Part shown: piece by piece, positions 37,601 through 47,228 of the stretch
Numbering within the stretch: position 1 is the first letter of the stretch
How the letters are laid out: the number at the start of each line of letters is the position of its first letter
IMG/VR virus record: IMGVR_UViG_2561511197_000003
Span: 2,976 to 66,975 of that record
DNA length: 64,000 bases
DNA from: a virus
Lineage: Duplodnaviria; Caudoviricetes
Strand: one strand, 5' to 3'
Notes under the pieces: model-generated
Seen by the model: the letters and a program-made list of their open reading frames with translations, nothing else
Database searches by the model: none
What the model was told of the DNA's origin: nothing
Made by a program: the position numbers and the translations under genes

Positions 37601-40600
37601 AGCTTCGCATCGGCTAGTTTCTCATTCGAGGTCCAGCCGATCGCTTTTCCAATTTTGGCAAACAGTTCGTCGAGCCACAGCCGGAACGCCGATTTACGGC
37701 CCGACACTTTAAACTGTTCGCCCTTGTCGCCGATCGCCGTTTCGAGCGCTTCGATTTCCAGTTCGGGAGTGGACAGCGTTTTGTAATAGCTGTCGGTACG
37801 CAACCGGGCGAAGTAGCCTGAATCGCGCACCAGCGCCACGCCTTTGGTGTACAGATCGGGAAACTTGGTTCGCGCCGCTTCGGCCCACAGGCCGCCGAAC
37901 TCGTGAAAGACGGAATTCAGGTTTGCCTCGGGCGAGAAATACACCTTGCCCTGCCAGCGGAAGGCGAGCGGTCGACGAGTGGCAAGGCGAGCCCTGTCTG
38001 CTGGCTGCAGTCGGCTCAGGCTTTCCTGCAAGGCCTGCCCGTACGCGGCCGGATCGGTGATGGCGTCCACGCCGAAGGCCTGCGCCAGTCGCGCGACAGC
38101 CTGCCCAATGGGGGCAGTTGACCGGGCAGGTACGTTCCCCTGCTCGGGAGCCAGTTGGAAAAACGGGCTATCCGGCTCGGCAAACGGGTTGGAGGTATCG
38201 CCCAGCGAGTCCATCATGCTAGCCAGCCCGGCATCTTCCTGCGTGGCCGACGTACCTGGCGCGGTCAGGCCCGTAACCTGCTGGTAAAACTGCGCGGCTT
38301 TTTCGGCGGTCTGGAACTGGAAACCGGGGATGGCTCCTGATCCCTGAAACCGCGAGTAGTAGCCGCCCAGCGACTTGGCCTTATCCAGCGCGGCGTTGTA
38401 CTGCTCAGTACTGAGCCGCCCGTTAATGGGCACCACGAACGTGTCCCGTTGATTTTTGGCGTGAAACCCTTTGACGGGTTCTTTCAACGGTGCGTTTTCC
38501 GCTGTAACAGAGGAAGCCGCAGCGGTCTGCGGTGCAACAACCGGGACGGCAGCAGCAGCCTGAGCTGCTGGCTGGGCGACTGGCTGCGCTGGCAGTACCG
38601 ACGAGCGCGTTGATAAATCCACCCGCCCAGCATTTACCCGCTGTACGTCGGCTGAGGTGATCGTTGGCCGTTCAGGCACCTCGATCGTTTCCAACTCATC
38701 AAACAGTTCATTGATGTCTTTGACGTCGCGCAGATCAATTTCTTCCACCGACCCCGGATTGGCATCAGGCTGCAATTTATCAAGCACCAGCACCTGCGTG
38801 TTGACTGCCGTACCCGCCCGCCCGAACGTACTGCCGGGCAACAATATGCGCGCTGTCAAATGAACACTACTGGTAAGACGCCCCAGTTTTGGGGGCGTAT
38901 TCACTTCCTCCAACCACTTGTCAAACTTAGTATTGAAGGCGCCGACTGGTACCAGTGCCACCACCCGGCTACCGACGACCGAGTGTTGCTCAATCGCCTT
39001 TTTGACGTGCTCCAGTGCCGTTTTACCGGCCTGCCCATACGGCGGGTTCATGACCGTGACCTGGTACTTGTTCACCGGGTTATGATCCTCGTAAGCCTCG
39101 TTGAGCTTACGGCCATCGGTCACCAGCGATACTTTACTGAACAGTTCCGACGACGGTTCAATGACCGTTAGACTGGCATCTTCCGGCACCCAGCGGGCAA
39201 TGGCACCGTGGCCAGCCGAAGGCTCGTTTACGCGGTCGCCTGTTTTGATGTTACCCCACTCGACCATCTTCATGCCCAGCGGTTCAGGCGTGGCAAAGTA
39301 ATCGACGCCTTCGTAGGCTTTGGTTTTGGCGGTACGTTTGAGTTGTGCGAAGTAGTAGGTTTTTGCCTGATCCCACGGCGAAATCGGCTTGGTGAAACTG
39401 CGGTCAAATGCCTTACCGCCCGTACCATCCTTCTCAGAGGGTACGTACTCGGTGGTTGCCTCGAAGCCTTCAATGAACGCCTGCTTCAACCCACGGGCCA
39501 TTTCACCCATGCCCAAATTCTCAGCGGTACCGGCCCGGCCAGCAATCGTATCAGCAAAAGCCCGACGCTCCCAGTTGGTGCCCGTATTGAAATACACGAA
39601 CATACTGTTGGAGTCGGGATGCTGGCCAGTCCGGTAAATGCGCCCTTCCTGTTGAATCGAGCGGGTCGGTTGCGTGGGCAGGCCTAGGTTCACCAGCACG
39701 CGCGGATGCCTACCCGTCGTATCGTGGCCCGACCAACCCGCGTTGGCCGCCGCATTGACCAGAATGATGTTGGCCTCGGGCTTGGTGTCGTCGTTGAAGT
39801 TTTTGACGGTGGCGGTTTTAGCCGTTTTGCTCATGCCTCCCTTTAGGCGAGCCGCCTGCGGGAAGGCTTCGCCCAACGTGTCAAGGGGTGCCCCGTAATC
39901 AGCGGCGTTGATCGCGTAGAGGTCCGGTCGACGTTCGTAGAACTCCCGAATCAGCGTGCGAATCGAAATCGATTTTTGGCTACCATACGGGCCAGTCATT
40001 ACGTTGCCTTCGGGCAAATCGCCGTTTTCATTTTCGAAATGGAACGGCGCAAAGCCGCCCCCTTCCGTGTAATCGTAGAACACGACGACTTTCTTACCCT
40101 GATCCAGCCACTGTTGGATGTACGGTATGGCTTCCTTGGCCTTAATGGCTTCCAGTAACCGCTGGCGCTGAAGGTAATTGAACCGCTTTTCCAGCAGATC
40201 GATTAGCCCCGTATACCGCTTGTTATCGCCTTCCCGAACGAAGGCCAAACCCTCGTCGATCAACGTACCCACAGCTGACGGGGTGAGCGCAAACAAACGC
40301 TGATAGTCTGAATCAATATCCAGTACGCGGGCGCTGGCCACGCCTTCTTTTTGAAGCCAACCGTTGAAATTGCGCTCCATCAGCGACACGTCGACCGACA
40401 CATCGGGCTGCGTCAGGCGGTTATACCGCATCCGGTAGCCGAAATGCTGCACCATGAAGGCCTCATAGCCCGAGGGTACGTTGTAGGCGGTACTGTCGGA
40501 TTTTCCGTAGCTGAACAAATAGCCATTGGCCCACTGGATTGTTTCGCGGTAGGCAAAGGGCGTGGCCGATAGAAACACCGCGCGCGGACGGACGGCGCCC

Positions 40601-43600
40601 TGATTTTCTTTAATCAGGGCTTCATTCGCCTCCAGGTAGTTGTCCCACTCCCGTTCTTTCAGCGATCGTTCCTCGGAGAGTGCATCCAGTTCGGGTTTTA
40701 ACAGTTCCCGTTGATAAGCCGTATCCCGGCTTCTGAACTGGTCGTCAATCTCTCTGATGCGGGCCCGAATTTCGGAGAGCCGGGCAAACAACTCTTCGTG
40801 CTCCACCATCGTCCGATTCCAGGCCGAATCAGGGTGATAGGTATGCACCTGAAACGCTTTTAGGGCACCGGTCACGTCGGCCGACGACGACTGCATGAGG
40901 TTGTGCGCTTCATCGGCCAGCAGCAGATCAAACCTACGGGTAGCCAGCGCGTTATTACCGGCAAAATTGGCGTAGGTCGTTACATTGATCCCCGACCCGG
41001 CATCTTTCATGTCGTCGAGCGCGCGAATGGTCAGCCCCAGCGCAGGTGCTGACATGACCCACTCGTTCATTACGCTGACATTGGGCACGATCACCAGTGC
41101 GCTGGTTTTACCCTGCTTGGCAAAGCGTTTGATGATGCCCAGCCCCAAGAAGGTCTTGCCGGTGCCGGTGCCGTTGGTAAACAGCACTCCGTACCCGTCG
41201 GGCTTGGACAATCGCGCTTCGGCAAACTGCACATCTTCGCGCTGGCCATCCATCAGGTAGGGCAACGTGGCGTCAATGTTTGCGCGGTTGCCAACGACAA
41301 CCTCAATGGATTCGGCCTGCTGCTGAAGGGCTAGCTTTTCTGCACGAGTAAGTGAACGGCCTTCCTGAGCAGCTGCGATAGCTCGCTGCTCTCCGAGTCG
41401 GTCAGGCTGAATTCCTGCGTCGCCAAGCGCAGGGCTTCCGCTACGGTCGTCACTTCGGGCAGTGCTGTCCGCAGGGAATAAGCTTCCGAACTCGTTATAA
41501 ATTGGGTTAGCGCGTGATGTTCTACCAGTAGCGGCAGGATCTGCTGATACGCGCTGATCACCCGGGCGCTGTGTCCCTGACTCGTCAACCAGTCGGATTC
41601 CTTCGCCAACGCCTGGCTCAAGGCTTCCGGCGTCGGCTGGTTGAACATCGTTAGTGCCCACTGGCTGAGTAGTGGTTGTTCGTGGGCTATCTGGTTCCAC
41701 ACGGTTAGCGGTACCTGCGTCATTGGGTTGTGTATTTACATCATCAAGGGTAACGGCCCGCACCGTGCGACCGTCATCCATTTTATCAAACGTATCGTCG
41801 TCGACGGTGTTCTGGTAGGCACCGTAAACAGATTTCAGCGCCGCCAAGTCGTTTTCGGTCACCGGGCCCTGCAGTTTCACAAAGTCCCGAACCACCGCCG
41901 TAAACTTGTGTACACCCTGCTGAAATTTCACCGACAGGTATTCGGCACCGAGGGCCAGAAGCTCGGGGTCGGCAAACGGATTGCTCGACAGATTGCCCCG
42001 CATCTGACGCAGCTTTTCCTTTAACCGGGCGGCCAGATCAGCCTCACGCTGGGCCAGTTCGTCGAGTTTATTGACGGGGGCTGGCGTGTCGGTTTGAGCC
42101 GGAAGTGAGTCAGTAGTCGCGTTTTGTGGGACAGAATTGCCATTTACTGCGACAGTTGACCCGTTTTCTGCAACAGATGACCCAAACAGCGCGGTTTGTT
42201 GCGTGCTGGCGGCAACGGCCTGCTCGATCGCGCGCAGCTTATTGGCCTGGGCGGTTTTCTGCCGCTCGACGAGTGCTGCGCGCTGCTGTTTGGCCCGATC
42301 AATCGCCTGACGGGCGGCAGCTTCCGCCTCCAGTCCGGTGGTGTTACCAGCAAACAGATCAGATTGGGTCGCAGCTTTGGGATCGGCCGCAAACAGATCA
42401 CCCGTCTGCAGCCGGTTGCGGTTTTCGCGTTCAAGCCGGGCAATGGTGCGGTCGGCTGCATCGATCTCGCGTTGCAGGTTCGCCAGTTCAATGTCGAAGG
42501 GAGCCGTGGCCTCGGCCGTGCGCGGATCAACTACCGCCTCAGCCGCAATGGCTTCGTCAATTTCTTGGAGCAACGTGGCCGCCTGTAACCCGATGTCGGC
42601 GAGTTGTTCCTGCTGATCAGCCGGGCTTTCGTTCCTCGATTCCTGCGCACTAAGGGGCAGATACGAGGCAGTAGCGATCCGGCGATTACCCGCTTGGTCT
42701 GTGTATGCATACGAAAAGCCAGGAAGGTTCTTAGCTGAATACGCCGTAGCTACTTTACTACCCGGACTATCTTCCTTAATCTCATAGAAACCGGCCGCTT
42801 CCCAATTACCATCAACCAGTATTTCGGAAACAATACCAACGACACGCCCAGTCTTGCGTGTTTTTACACTACTGACAACGTACCGCTGTTCCTCATCAAC
42901 TTGAAATAGATCGCCTTTCTGAACCGTGGCTAGCAACCAATTAGCAATAGTTGGCCCATCATTGGTTGCAACGACGTCCTCATAACTGCTTTGTGTTGTT
43001 ACTGTCGGCTGATCACTTGGCGCGACCGAGTTAGTTTCGTTAACTAGGGTGTCTGTTCCGGCGCTTGGTTGTCCGACGGCTTCGGCAGCATTTTCGAGGT
43101 CCGCGACCGCAGACTCAAGAGCGACGAGAGTTTGTCCGACGGTGGTACCGCCCCCGGCCCCTGACTCAGTCGGGCTGTTAGTAAGGCCTCCGTCAGCTGC
43201 TGGCGCGGGCTTTTGTTGTTGGATGGCTTCATAGATGGGAAGAACACCGGCATGGCCAACGGCCAGATCGGATAAGAAACGGTTAAGTAAAACTAAACGT
43301 TCGGGCGTGTAACCCATTAATCCTGAGTTCACGAATGAGTAAACGGCAGAAAACTCATCCAGCAACGGGGCTAGATCGTAGCCCGCCTGCGAGTCCCAGT
43401 AACCCAGCGTGCGCATTTCTTTGAGCAGCGCCTCGACTTCCTCATCGGAATAGCCGTTGACCAGGTCGAGTACGTCGCGGGTTTCGGCGGCCAGCAGATC
43501 GGGGTTTTCCTGCCATTGGGCCGCTACCTCGGGGTCGAGTTCAGCCAGCACGTCGGCCTGCATCTGGGCCGCCGCCTCATCGGCCGCGCCTTCGTCGGCA

Positions 43601-46600
43601 TACTCCCGCAGTTGCTTACTCGGGGTGTTATCGCCCTGAAAGCTTACCACCATATCAATCAACTGCTGCTCCAACTCGTCGGGGCGAGTGTCCAGATCAC
43701 GGCCAGCGGCCTCCCACAGCGAGGTGGCAATTTGATCGATACCCGGTTGCCGGTTGCTTTGATCGATGTAGTTGATATAGACGTTACCTCCTTTGGGCCC
43801 AAGGCGCGCATTCTCACCAGCCATGCGGTCGAAATCGTTCCGGTTGATCTTGCCGCGCTGGGCAAAAAACTGCAATACCGCCCCCCGAAAATCGGTGGGT
43901 ACGAATGTTTTGGCAATGGACTGTTTGGGGCGTTTTAGCCGTTTTGCCGCGATGGCGCCACGGACTGCACCAGCAACACCCGGGTTAGCGGGTTGTTGTC
44001 CATCTGCTCCCTCATTCGCTGCAAGATCAGCTCCCGCTGCTGCACGCTCTCGCTCAAGCGCTTCGAGTAATCGCTCGTCGGGTCCTGCTGCGAGAGCAGC
44101 TGCTGCAAGGTCCGCTGCGTGTTGTGCATCGTCCTGTAGTTGCTCACCCGCCTGCGCGCGTTGTTGTAATCCAAGCGTTGATTGTACTGCGTCAACGTAT
44201 TGAGTAGCTGGGTCTGATGCGACCGGGTTAGCCGCCGGTACTGACCCGGTGGCTGCAGGTTGGGAAGTCGATACGACATTGATTAGTTGTCCGTTAGAAT
44301 CGGTGAACTGAAGGGTTGCTTTACGCTCGATTTTCCATTTATCGCCCTGCCGAACGAGCGTTCCCGGCTGGGTCGTTACCAAACCCGCCGCGCGGTCCAT
44401 GCCAGCCAGCGGGTAGGTGGCTCCATCCTGCAAATAGCTGTAGGGGTCGCTCAGGGCAAGCGCCGCCGCTTCTGGACGTACCTGGTACTCCGCCCTGTCT
44501 GCACCCGTTGGCGTGATCTGGTAAACACCCCGCTCGCTATCGGGCGTTAGATTACCGCTGCTGAAACCGTCGCCCAGATCGACCGACGAGGCGTACATAG
44601 ACGGGGTTGTCGCCGCTACCGGGCTACTCACCGGAACCGGGGTGGACGCAAGGGGCATTGTTGACACGCCGGGCAGGCCTTCGGCCAACAGATCGACATC
44701 GCCCCCCATCGGCTCAGCGGCCATCGGATCGACTGTAGTGGGGTCAGCCAGCAGCGGGGTCAGCCGGTCGGCCACTTCCATGAAGGGGGTCGCATACCGT
44801 TCGTTGGTGGCCAACACCGGGCCAGCCGCCGCCAGATACGCCGCCGCCAGCGCGCGCGTTTTGTCGAGGGCTTTCTTTTTACCCGGCGAGCGCGTCGCCC
44901 CCAACGTTTCCAGATCACCCACCAACTGCACGCCATCGGCCAGCAGGTTTCCCTCGACGCTGTTGTCAGGTTTGGTATAGCGACTCGTTTCGTAGCCGGG
45001 CTGGCCCGCCTGCACGCCGGTGGCCAACCGTACGTGCTCGTCGACGCTGGGCAGTGGATCGCCATACGACTGTTCGACGGGGTTGCGAACAGCCGGTACG
45101 TACGTGCCGGCATCGTCGAGGCGCGCCGGGCTGGTCACCTCCCCGCCCGTCTGCACCAGCGGCCGGTAGAGCCGCCCCTGCGGATCAGTCAGTACGACGG
45201 CGCCCGTTTGGGGGTCAGTCAGCTGACGGCTCGGTTTGAAGGTATCGGTATAGGTCGTATCGCCGTACTGCTGGGCGATAGCGCGCAGGGCATCCTGCGT
45301 GTAGGTACGTACCCCGGCCCGGCTCTCGGTGTCGGTCGCAAAGCGTTTGAGGGTTTCACCGACGACGTTCTCAATCGCGCTGCGGCGCGCGGCCATATCC
45401 AGTTCCGCCTGATAGACGGGACCACTGGGCGAATCGACGAGCCCACCCAGCTGCTTTTCGCCAGCGGCCAGTGCCATCTGCGCCTTGATCTGCTCGGCCA
45501 TCGTGGCGTCGGGACGGGCGACCTCGGCCGTCAGCTGCGCCTGGGTATTCTTTGCTTCATCGATCTGAGCCGCCTGCTGGGCGAGGCCTTCGCGCGCTTC
45601 TGACACGGCAAATAGTGTATACCGATCATTGTCGTTGTAGGTATCCACGTCAGCGAATTCAGCGGCCAGATTGGCCATGCGGGCCGCTTTCTGGACGAGG
45701 CCGGCGTGATCGTCGGGTGTCAGCTCCCCGCGCTGCAGTTTATCATCGAGCACACCCAGCAGCTTCAACCGGTTGGGGCTATCAGGGCGAATCAACTCGT
45801 CAGGCGATAACCCCCGCGCCAGCCCGTTTCTCACGTTGGCGCCAACGTACCCAAACAGAGTCGGCTCCATCGTTTTTTGCTGGAACGCCGCCCCCGGCAC
45901 GGTGCCGACCAACGTACCCAATATGGTGCCGTACACCGAATCAAAGGCGTACCGGCCAAAGCCCGGATCGTCGAAACGGCCCGTCGTATCGGCTGACTGC
46001 AGGTTGAGCATGATGTCTTTGGCTCCGTTCTCGACGATCGACTGCCAGAACTCCTCCCCGCCTTCGGGTATACCCTGTTCGACGAAACCACGCGCCACTC
46101 GCGCACCACCCCGACGCAGTCCTTCGGTCATTTGTACCCAGGCTTTAAGTTTGGCCGGGTTGCGCAGCAACTCCAGCGATCCTTTGGCGGCTTGCTCGGC
46201 GGTTTCGACCAGCGATTCCGCCGTGAGTTTGCTACCCGACCGAAGCAACGCCTCCACCGCTTCAGCCGTTGAGGCCTGCCGGATGGCAGAGCGGGCCGTT
46301 TGGGGCGCGACGCCCATGGCTTTGGCCAGCGCGCCCATATTGGCCGTTTCGATCAGCGCGTTAACCGCCGCCACCGGTAGCGCGTACAACGTGGCGTGCA
46401 TGGGGTCATAGCCCTGCTGCATCGCCTCCCGCTGGTACATGGGAAAGGTCTGCAGAAAGGCCGATGCGCTCGTTGCCCGGGTGGCCATCGACGCGGCCCC
46501 TTCGAGGGTATTGACGGCGAGCTGTCGTTCGGCCGCCGTCGCGGCCCCGCGCAGGGCCGCGCGGGCGCCACCGGTAGCCAGCGACGCCCCGCCCATGGTC

Positions 46601-47220
46601 AGTATACCCGGCAGGATATACGAGATCAAATTGCCGGTCGTACCGACGATGGCTTTAAAATCGCCGTTCAAACTAATGTCGCCCGTCTGGTCGTTGTATT
46701 CGGCCAAACCCCGCTGCCAGTCGGTCGACACGTAGGTCCGCAGCCCGGAAAGCGCTTTTTCAACCCCCTGATTAGCTTGTCGCCACTGGTTTTGATCAAT
46801 GCCGCCCGTCAGGCCAGCCCCCGCAACGACGAGTTTGGGTACGGCCTCCACCAGATCGGCCAGGCCGTTGGTGATGGAGCCGAAAAAGGCCTGCGCGGTG
46901 GGCACGGAGTTATACTGCGGGGTGACCTCTTCGGGCGATTGCAGCCGGTGCTGATCGAGCAGGCTCTGCCCGGCCGCGCCGCCCTGAATCTGGTCGGTCA
47001 GGCCCGCGAACTGTTCGGCCAGTTGCTTTTTGGTATAAAAATCCCCCCTGGCGTGTGCCTCCTGGAATTGCTTGCGCAGGGCGGTGGGGTTCTGGCCGTT
47101 TTGCCGCAAGACGGTCTCGACGCTTTTGCCGAACGCGAAGTCGGTCAGGGTCGGGTATAGATCCTGCGGTTGGGCGGGGCTGGCTGGCGCCGCCGCCTGT
47201 TGTACGTTTCTTGGCAGCAT
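34657..47220 (-). CDS. Giant polyvalent virion (ejected) protein: SF2 helicase + N6-adenine methyltransferase (DarB-like)
   Basis: Helicase motifs GTGTGKT, DEAH, SATP, QQEGRIYR. MTase motifs EPSAGHG and NPPY. Degenerate zincin HEFGG. Last gene of the tail/cargo operon. Confidence 0.85.
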   Translation of the reverse strand: MLPRNVQQAAAPASPAQPQDLYPTLTDFAFGKSVETVLRQNGQNPTALRKQFQEAHARGDFYTKKQLAEQFAGLTDQIQGGAAGQSLLDQHRLQSPEEVTPQYNSVPTAQAFFGSITNGLADLVEAVPKLVVAGAGLTGGIDQNQWRQANQGVEKALSGLRTYVSTDWQRGLAEYNDQTGDISLNGDFKAIVGTTGNLISYILPGILTMGGASLATGGARAALRGAATAAERQLAVNTLEGAASMATRATSASAFLQTFPMYQREAMQQGYDPMHATLYALPVAAVNALIETANMGALAKAMGVAPQTARSAIRQASTAEAVEALLRSGSKLTAESLVETAEQAAKGSLELLRNPAKLKAWVQMTEGLRRGGARVARGFVEQGIPEGGEEFWQSIVENGAKDIMLNLQSADTTGRFDDPGFGRYAFDSVYGTILGTLVGTVPGAAFQQKTMEPTLFGYVGANVRNGLARGLSPDELIRPDSPNRLKLLGVLDDKLQRGELTPDDHAGLVQKAARMANLAAEFADVDTYNDNDRYTLFAVSEAREGLAQQAAQIDEAKNTQAQLTAEVARPDATMAEQIKAQMALAAGEKQLGGLVDSPSGPVYQAELDMAARRSAIENVVGETLKRFATDTESRAGVRTYTQDALRAIAQQYGDTTYTDTFKPSRQLTDPQTGAVVLTDPQGRLYRPLVQTGGEVTSPARLDDAGTYVPAVRNPVEQSYGDPLPSVDEHVRLATGVQAGQPGYETSRYTKPDNSVEGNLLADGVQLVGDLETLGATRSPGKKKALDKTRALAAAYLAAAGPVLATNERYATPFMEVADRLTPLLADPTTVDPMAAEPMGGDVDLLAEGLPGVSTMPLASTPVPVSSPVAATTPSMYASSVDLGDGFSSGNLTPDSERGVYQITPTGADRAEYQVRPEAAALALSDPYSYLQDGATYPLAGMDRAAGLVTTQPGTLVRQGDKWKIERKATLQFTDSNGQLINVVSTSQPAATGSVPAANPVASDPATQYVDAVQSTLGLQQRAQAGEQLQDDAQHAADLAAAALAAGPDERLLEALERERAAAGADLAANEGADGQQPANPGVAGAVRGAIAAKRLKRPKQSIAKTFVPTDFRGAVLQFFAQRGKINRNDFDRMAGENARLGPKGGNVYINYIDQSNRQPGIDQIATSLWEAAGRDLDTRPDELEQQLIDMVVSFQGDNTPSKQLREYADEGAADEAAAQMQADVLAELDPEVAAQWQENPDLLAAETRDVLDLVNGYSDEEVEALLKEMRTLGYWDSQAGYDLAPLLDEFSAVYSFVNSGLMGYTPERLVLLNRFLSDLAVGHAGVLPIYEAIQQQKPAPAADGGLTNSPTESGAGGGTTVGQTLVALESAVADLENAAEAVGQPSAGTDTLVNETNSVAPSDQPTVTTQSSYEDVVATNDGPTIANWLLATVQKGDLFQVDEEQRYVVSSVKTRKTGRVVGIVSEILVDGNWEAAGFYEIKEDSPGSKVATAYSAKNLPGFSYAYTDQAGNRRIATASYLPLSAQESRNESPADQQEQLADIGLQAATLLQEIDEAIAAEAVVDPRTAEATAPFDIELANLQREIDAADRTIARLERENRNRLQTGDLFAADPKAATQSDLFAGNTTGLEAEAAARQAIDRAKQQRAALVERQKTAQANKLRAIEQAVAASTQQTALFGSSVAENGSTVAVNGNSVPQNATTDSLPAQTDTPAPVNKLDELAQREADLAARLKEKLRQMRGNLSSNPFADPELLALGAEYLSVKFQQGVHKFTAVVRDFVKLQGPVTENDLAALKSVYGAYQNTVDDDTFDKMDDGRTVRAVTLDDVNTQPNDAGTANRVEPDSPRTTTTQPVGTNDVQPADAGSLEPGVGEGIRLVDESGTQRPGDQRVSADPAATGRTSRANPIYNEFGSLFPADSTARSDDRSGSPALGDAGIQPDRLGEQRAIAAAQEGRSLTRAEKLALQQQAESIEVVVGNRANIDATLPYLMDGQREDVQFAEARLSKPDGYGVLFTNGTGTGKTFLGLGIIKRFAKQGKTSALVIVPNVSVMNEWVMSAPALGLTIRALDDMKDAGSGINVTTYANFAGNNALATRRFDLLLADEAHNLMQSSSADVTGALKAFQVHTYHPDSAWNRTMVEHEELFARLSEIRARIREIDDQFRSRDTAYQRELLKPELDALSEERSLKEREWDNYLEANEALIKENQGAVRPRAVFLSATPFAYRETIQWANGYLFSYGKSDSTAYNVPSGYEAFMVQHFGYRMRYNRLTQPDVSVDVSLMERNFNGWLQKEGVASARVLDIDSDYQRLFALTPSAVGTLIDEGLAFVREGDNKRYTGLIDLLEKRFNYLQRQRLLEAIKAKEAIPYIQQWLDQGKKVVVFYDYTEGGGFAPFHFENENGDLPEGNVMTGPYGSQKSISIRTLIREFYERRPDLYAINAADYGAPLDTLGEAFPQAARLKGGMSKTAKTATVKNFNDDTKPEANIILVNAAANAGWSGHDTTGRHPRVLVNLGLPTQPTRSIQQEGRIYRTGQHPDSNSMFVYFNTGTNWERRAFADTIAGRAGTAENLGMGEMARGLKQAFIEGFEATTEYVPSEKDGTGGKAFDRSFTKPISPWDQAKTYYFAQLKRTAKTKAYEGVDYFATPEPLGMKMVEWGNIKTGDRVNEPSAGHGAIARWVPEDASLTVIEPSSELFSKVSLVTDGRKLNEAYEDHNPVNKYQVTVMNPPYGQAGKTALEHVKKAIEQHSVVGSRVVALVPVGAFNTKFDKWLEEVNTPPKLGRLTSSVHLTARILLPGSTFGRAGTAVNTQVLVLDKLQPDANPGSVEEIDLRDVKDINELFDELETIEVPERPTITSADVQRVNAGRVDLSTRSSVLPAQPVAQPAAQAAAAVPVVAPQTAAASSVTAENAPLKEPVKGFHAKNQRDTFVVPINGRLSTEQYNAALDKAKSLGGYYSRFQGSGAIPGFQFQTAEKAAQFYQQVTGLTAPGTSATQEDAGLASMMDSLGDTSNPFAEPDSPFFQLAPEQGNVPARSTAPIGQAVARLAQAFGVDAITDPAAYGQALQESLSRLQPADRARLATRRPLAFRWQGKVYFSPEANLNSVFHEFGGLWAEAARTKFPDLYTKGVALVRDSGYFARLRTDSYYKTLSTPELEIEALETAIGDKGEQFKVSGRKSAFRLWLDELFAKIGKAIGWTSNEKLADAKLARWAGQVLGLMEGPGNRAQPAPPSNVPQFQLAPDPAPSTLEPTAPSANSVLGAEPTTLANLLSVAEQQLRNPPVTNTQLTVQGLKQPAVSRDLWEMSPVNYTDADKSYIKQIAEQTGFELTSPQKLTYTHPQTHYHLANGQVLTLDQATLANAVSTGFGQRSDDTGYVGRLTNFVSDWLKSWTNLITFADLIDDTKGSIKRLIHEPQLEGSRRAGTAKTYLQDRLSTAARLLAPFEEQLIGVQSYDFNPNTGEVVLVEKQVPLLTVMEAVALAETQQGSSPTGGITHVFDAEPRPNELYERDADGTLSKKLDHGGQYYDAARDRLDTLMLPRAEYNRLLSRFVEGNDAKTGEVEGYEALISFFNVNEVADLLEEENNALKPGEPFERVGERTGGKSPRLIEPAEAGAGIDPALAPGAQEWLAEARDRRDENRARRAANRPRQTFYYPIRVTGGDANARAEAQGRMKLYDKSGRLIARSREAKGIVLGNPLQTMIRYEQEVADLLEYGRLSENVMHLRDAIENKYQGPQKARLVGYLTREYEVLRGYRERMMRVRQDNPGLTSVERGMRRFTNSIFSLNLGLPAKQLGTAASAMGQGIIEDQHLRDPQALGLLAKLTAGAYRDAGVGASVRADGSDQGLHGGLISESDTVERPYIEALLGQGMDEAAKAKQLRRFGAVINRLLDSNQQHVGDVSFDDLGLNSATLSNAQKLLRKYDSFAGERLMSAMRRADRAPILYYVQAAQLQASAEGLQQNSDAWWDRVAHLTERVVSETYNTDSLAERTPMQLSEQFFTRMLGMYSSQQQKIAGLVIRAMIGYTKATPGTPEAKAARAKLLQTLGYGVLANAVYVGAVSAGTSVIMAMLSGGEPPEADKLTERVMFDSLRNVSGTFPGLGTLFVEYAINKVDGVGGNEQLYEVPSLSNMQQGVDAVLAAGRYMTEEDEKKAAQAGDTFVRKSTDFVSKWVGLPSTVTRVVRGQLTND
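41331..41723 (-). CDS. Candidate nested +1-frame gene inside the giant gene
   Basis: 130-aa protein-like ORF. GC3 bias shifts to this frame while the main frame reads as a low-complexity linker. Confidence 0.55.
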   Translation of the reverse strand: MTQVPLTVWNQIAHEQPLLSQWALTMFNQPTPEALSQALAKESDWLTSQGHSARVISAYQQILPLLVEHHALTQFITSSEAYSLRTALPEVTTVAEALRLATQEFSLTDSESSELSQLLRKAVHLLVQKS

Positions 47221-47228
47221 GGGTCGAG

